A DNA stretch of 63,983 nt, the filler included, from Octopus bimaculoides (lineage: Eukaryota), in the NCBI RefSeq assembly GCF_001194135.2. It is 6 parts of 6 records of this genome, joined end to end, with 100 filler letters (N's around TTAATTAATTAA, not from the genome) between each part and the next. Parts side by side here need not be neighbours in the genome. Positions count along the whole stretch, not along the records: positions 61,577 to 63,983 come from NC_068996.1; 5 more parts are not named here. The stretch is one strand, 5' to 3'. Made by a program: the position numbers and the translations under genes. Of this stretch, positions 63,451 through 63,983 are shown piece by piece. How positions within the stretch are numbered: the stretch's first letter is position 1; each line of letters begins with the position of its first letter. The notes under the pieces were generated by a model, which was not told where the DNA came from, made no database searches, and saw only the letters and a program-made list of their open reading frames with translations.

Positions 63451-63983
63451 GCGCATACACACACACGCTAACAAACACGCAAACATACACACACACACAC
63501 ACACCCAAGCATACACACCCTTGCACACATAACCCATATATACCCCCATTCACACTACCTCCCACACACCTGACAACCCATACATACCCCCATTCACACA
63601 TACCTCCCATACACCTACACACACACCTCCCACACACACGCATACAACTACACACACACGTGCATACACACACACGCACACGTACCTAACACTCACAATC
63701 CCATACACATCACAATCCCACACACACACGGACATCCACACACATACACACACACACGCACACACCCACATACACATACACACACCTCTCACCAACACAA
63801 CACACTCACACAGACACGCATACAATCACACACACATGGGCATAAACAACATACGCACATACAGAAGCAAACGCACGCACACACACGTACACAGCAACGC
63901 ACATATACACAACATACACATACACACAAACACACACGCACGCACACATACTCAAAAACTGCCTGCTGACCTTCCACTGACCA
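63451..63983. repeat. Degenerate CA-rich low-complexity tract
   Basis: Read directly. Confidence 0.9.

Overview
Eukaryotic, AT-rich, microsatellite-saturated genomic DNA with many N gaps. The repeat content (tRNA-derived SINEs with internal microsatellites, mariner/maT, RTE, R4, Penelope, Helitron and Gypsy remnants) is typical of an Octopus-like coleoid cephalopod; this assignment is an inference. Most ORFs in the supplied track are microsatellite or gap artefacts. Two host genes are supported. (1) A spliced + strand gene whose seven exons (22959-35397) each encode one ShKT six-cysteine domain; every intron is phase 1 and the 5' exon(s) were not found. A full-length antisense mariner starts 11 nt after its stop codon. 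(2) An isolated coding exon (43935-44214) of an EXPERA/EBP-like membrane protein. The most unusual non-coding signals are two hammerhead-ribozyme-like motifs of the minimal type I (Penelope-associated) architecture. One lies in the 3' part of a tRNA-headed SINE (9508-9553, minus). The other is split across a fold-back palindrome in a ShKT intron (33160-33405). A Neptune-type Penelope GIY-YIG remnant lies in the same window. The TTAATTAATTAA motifs inside N runs are assembly linkers. No rRNA, genuine tRNA or CRISPR array is supported.
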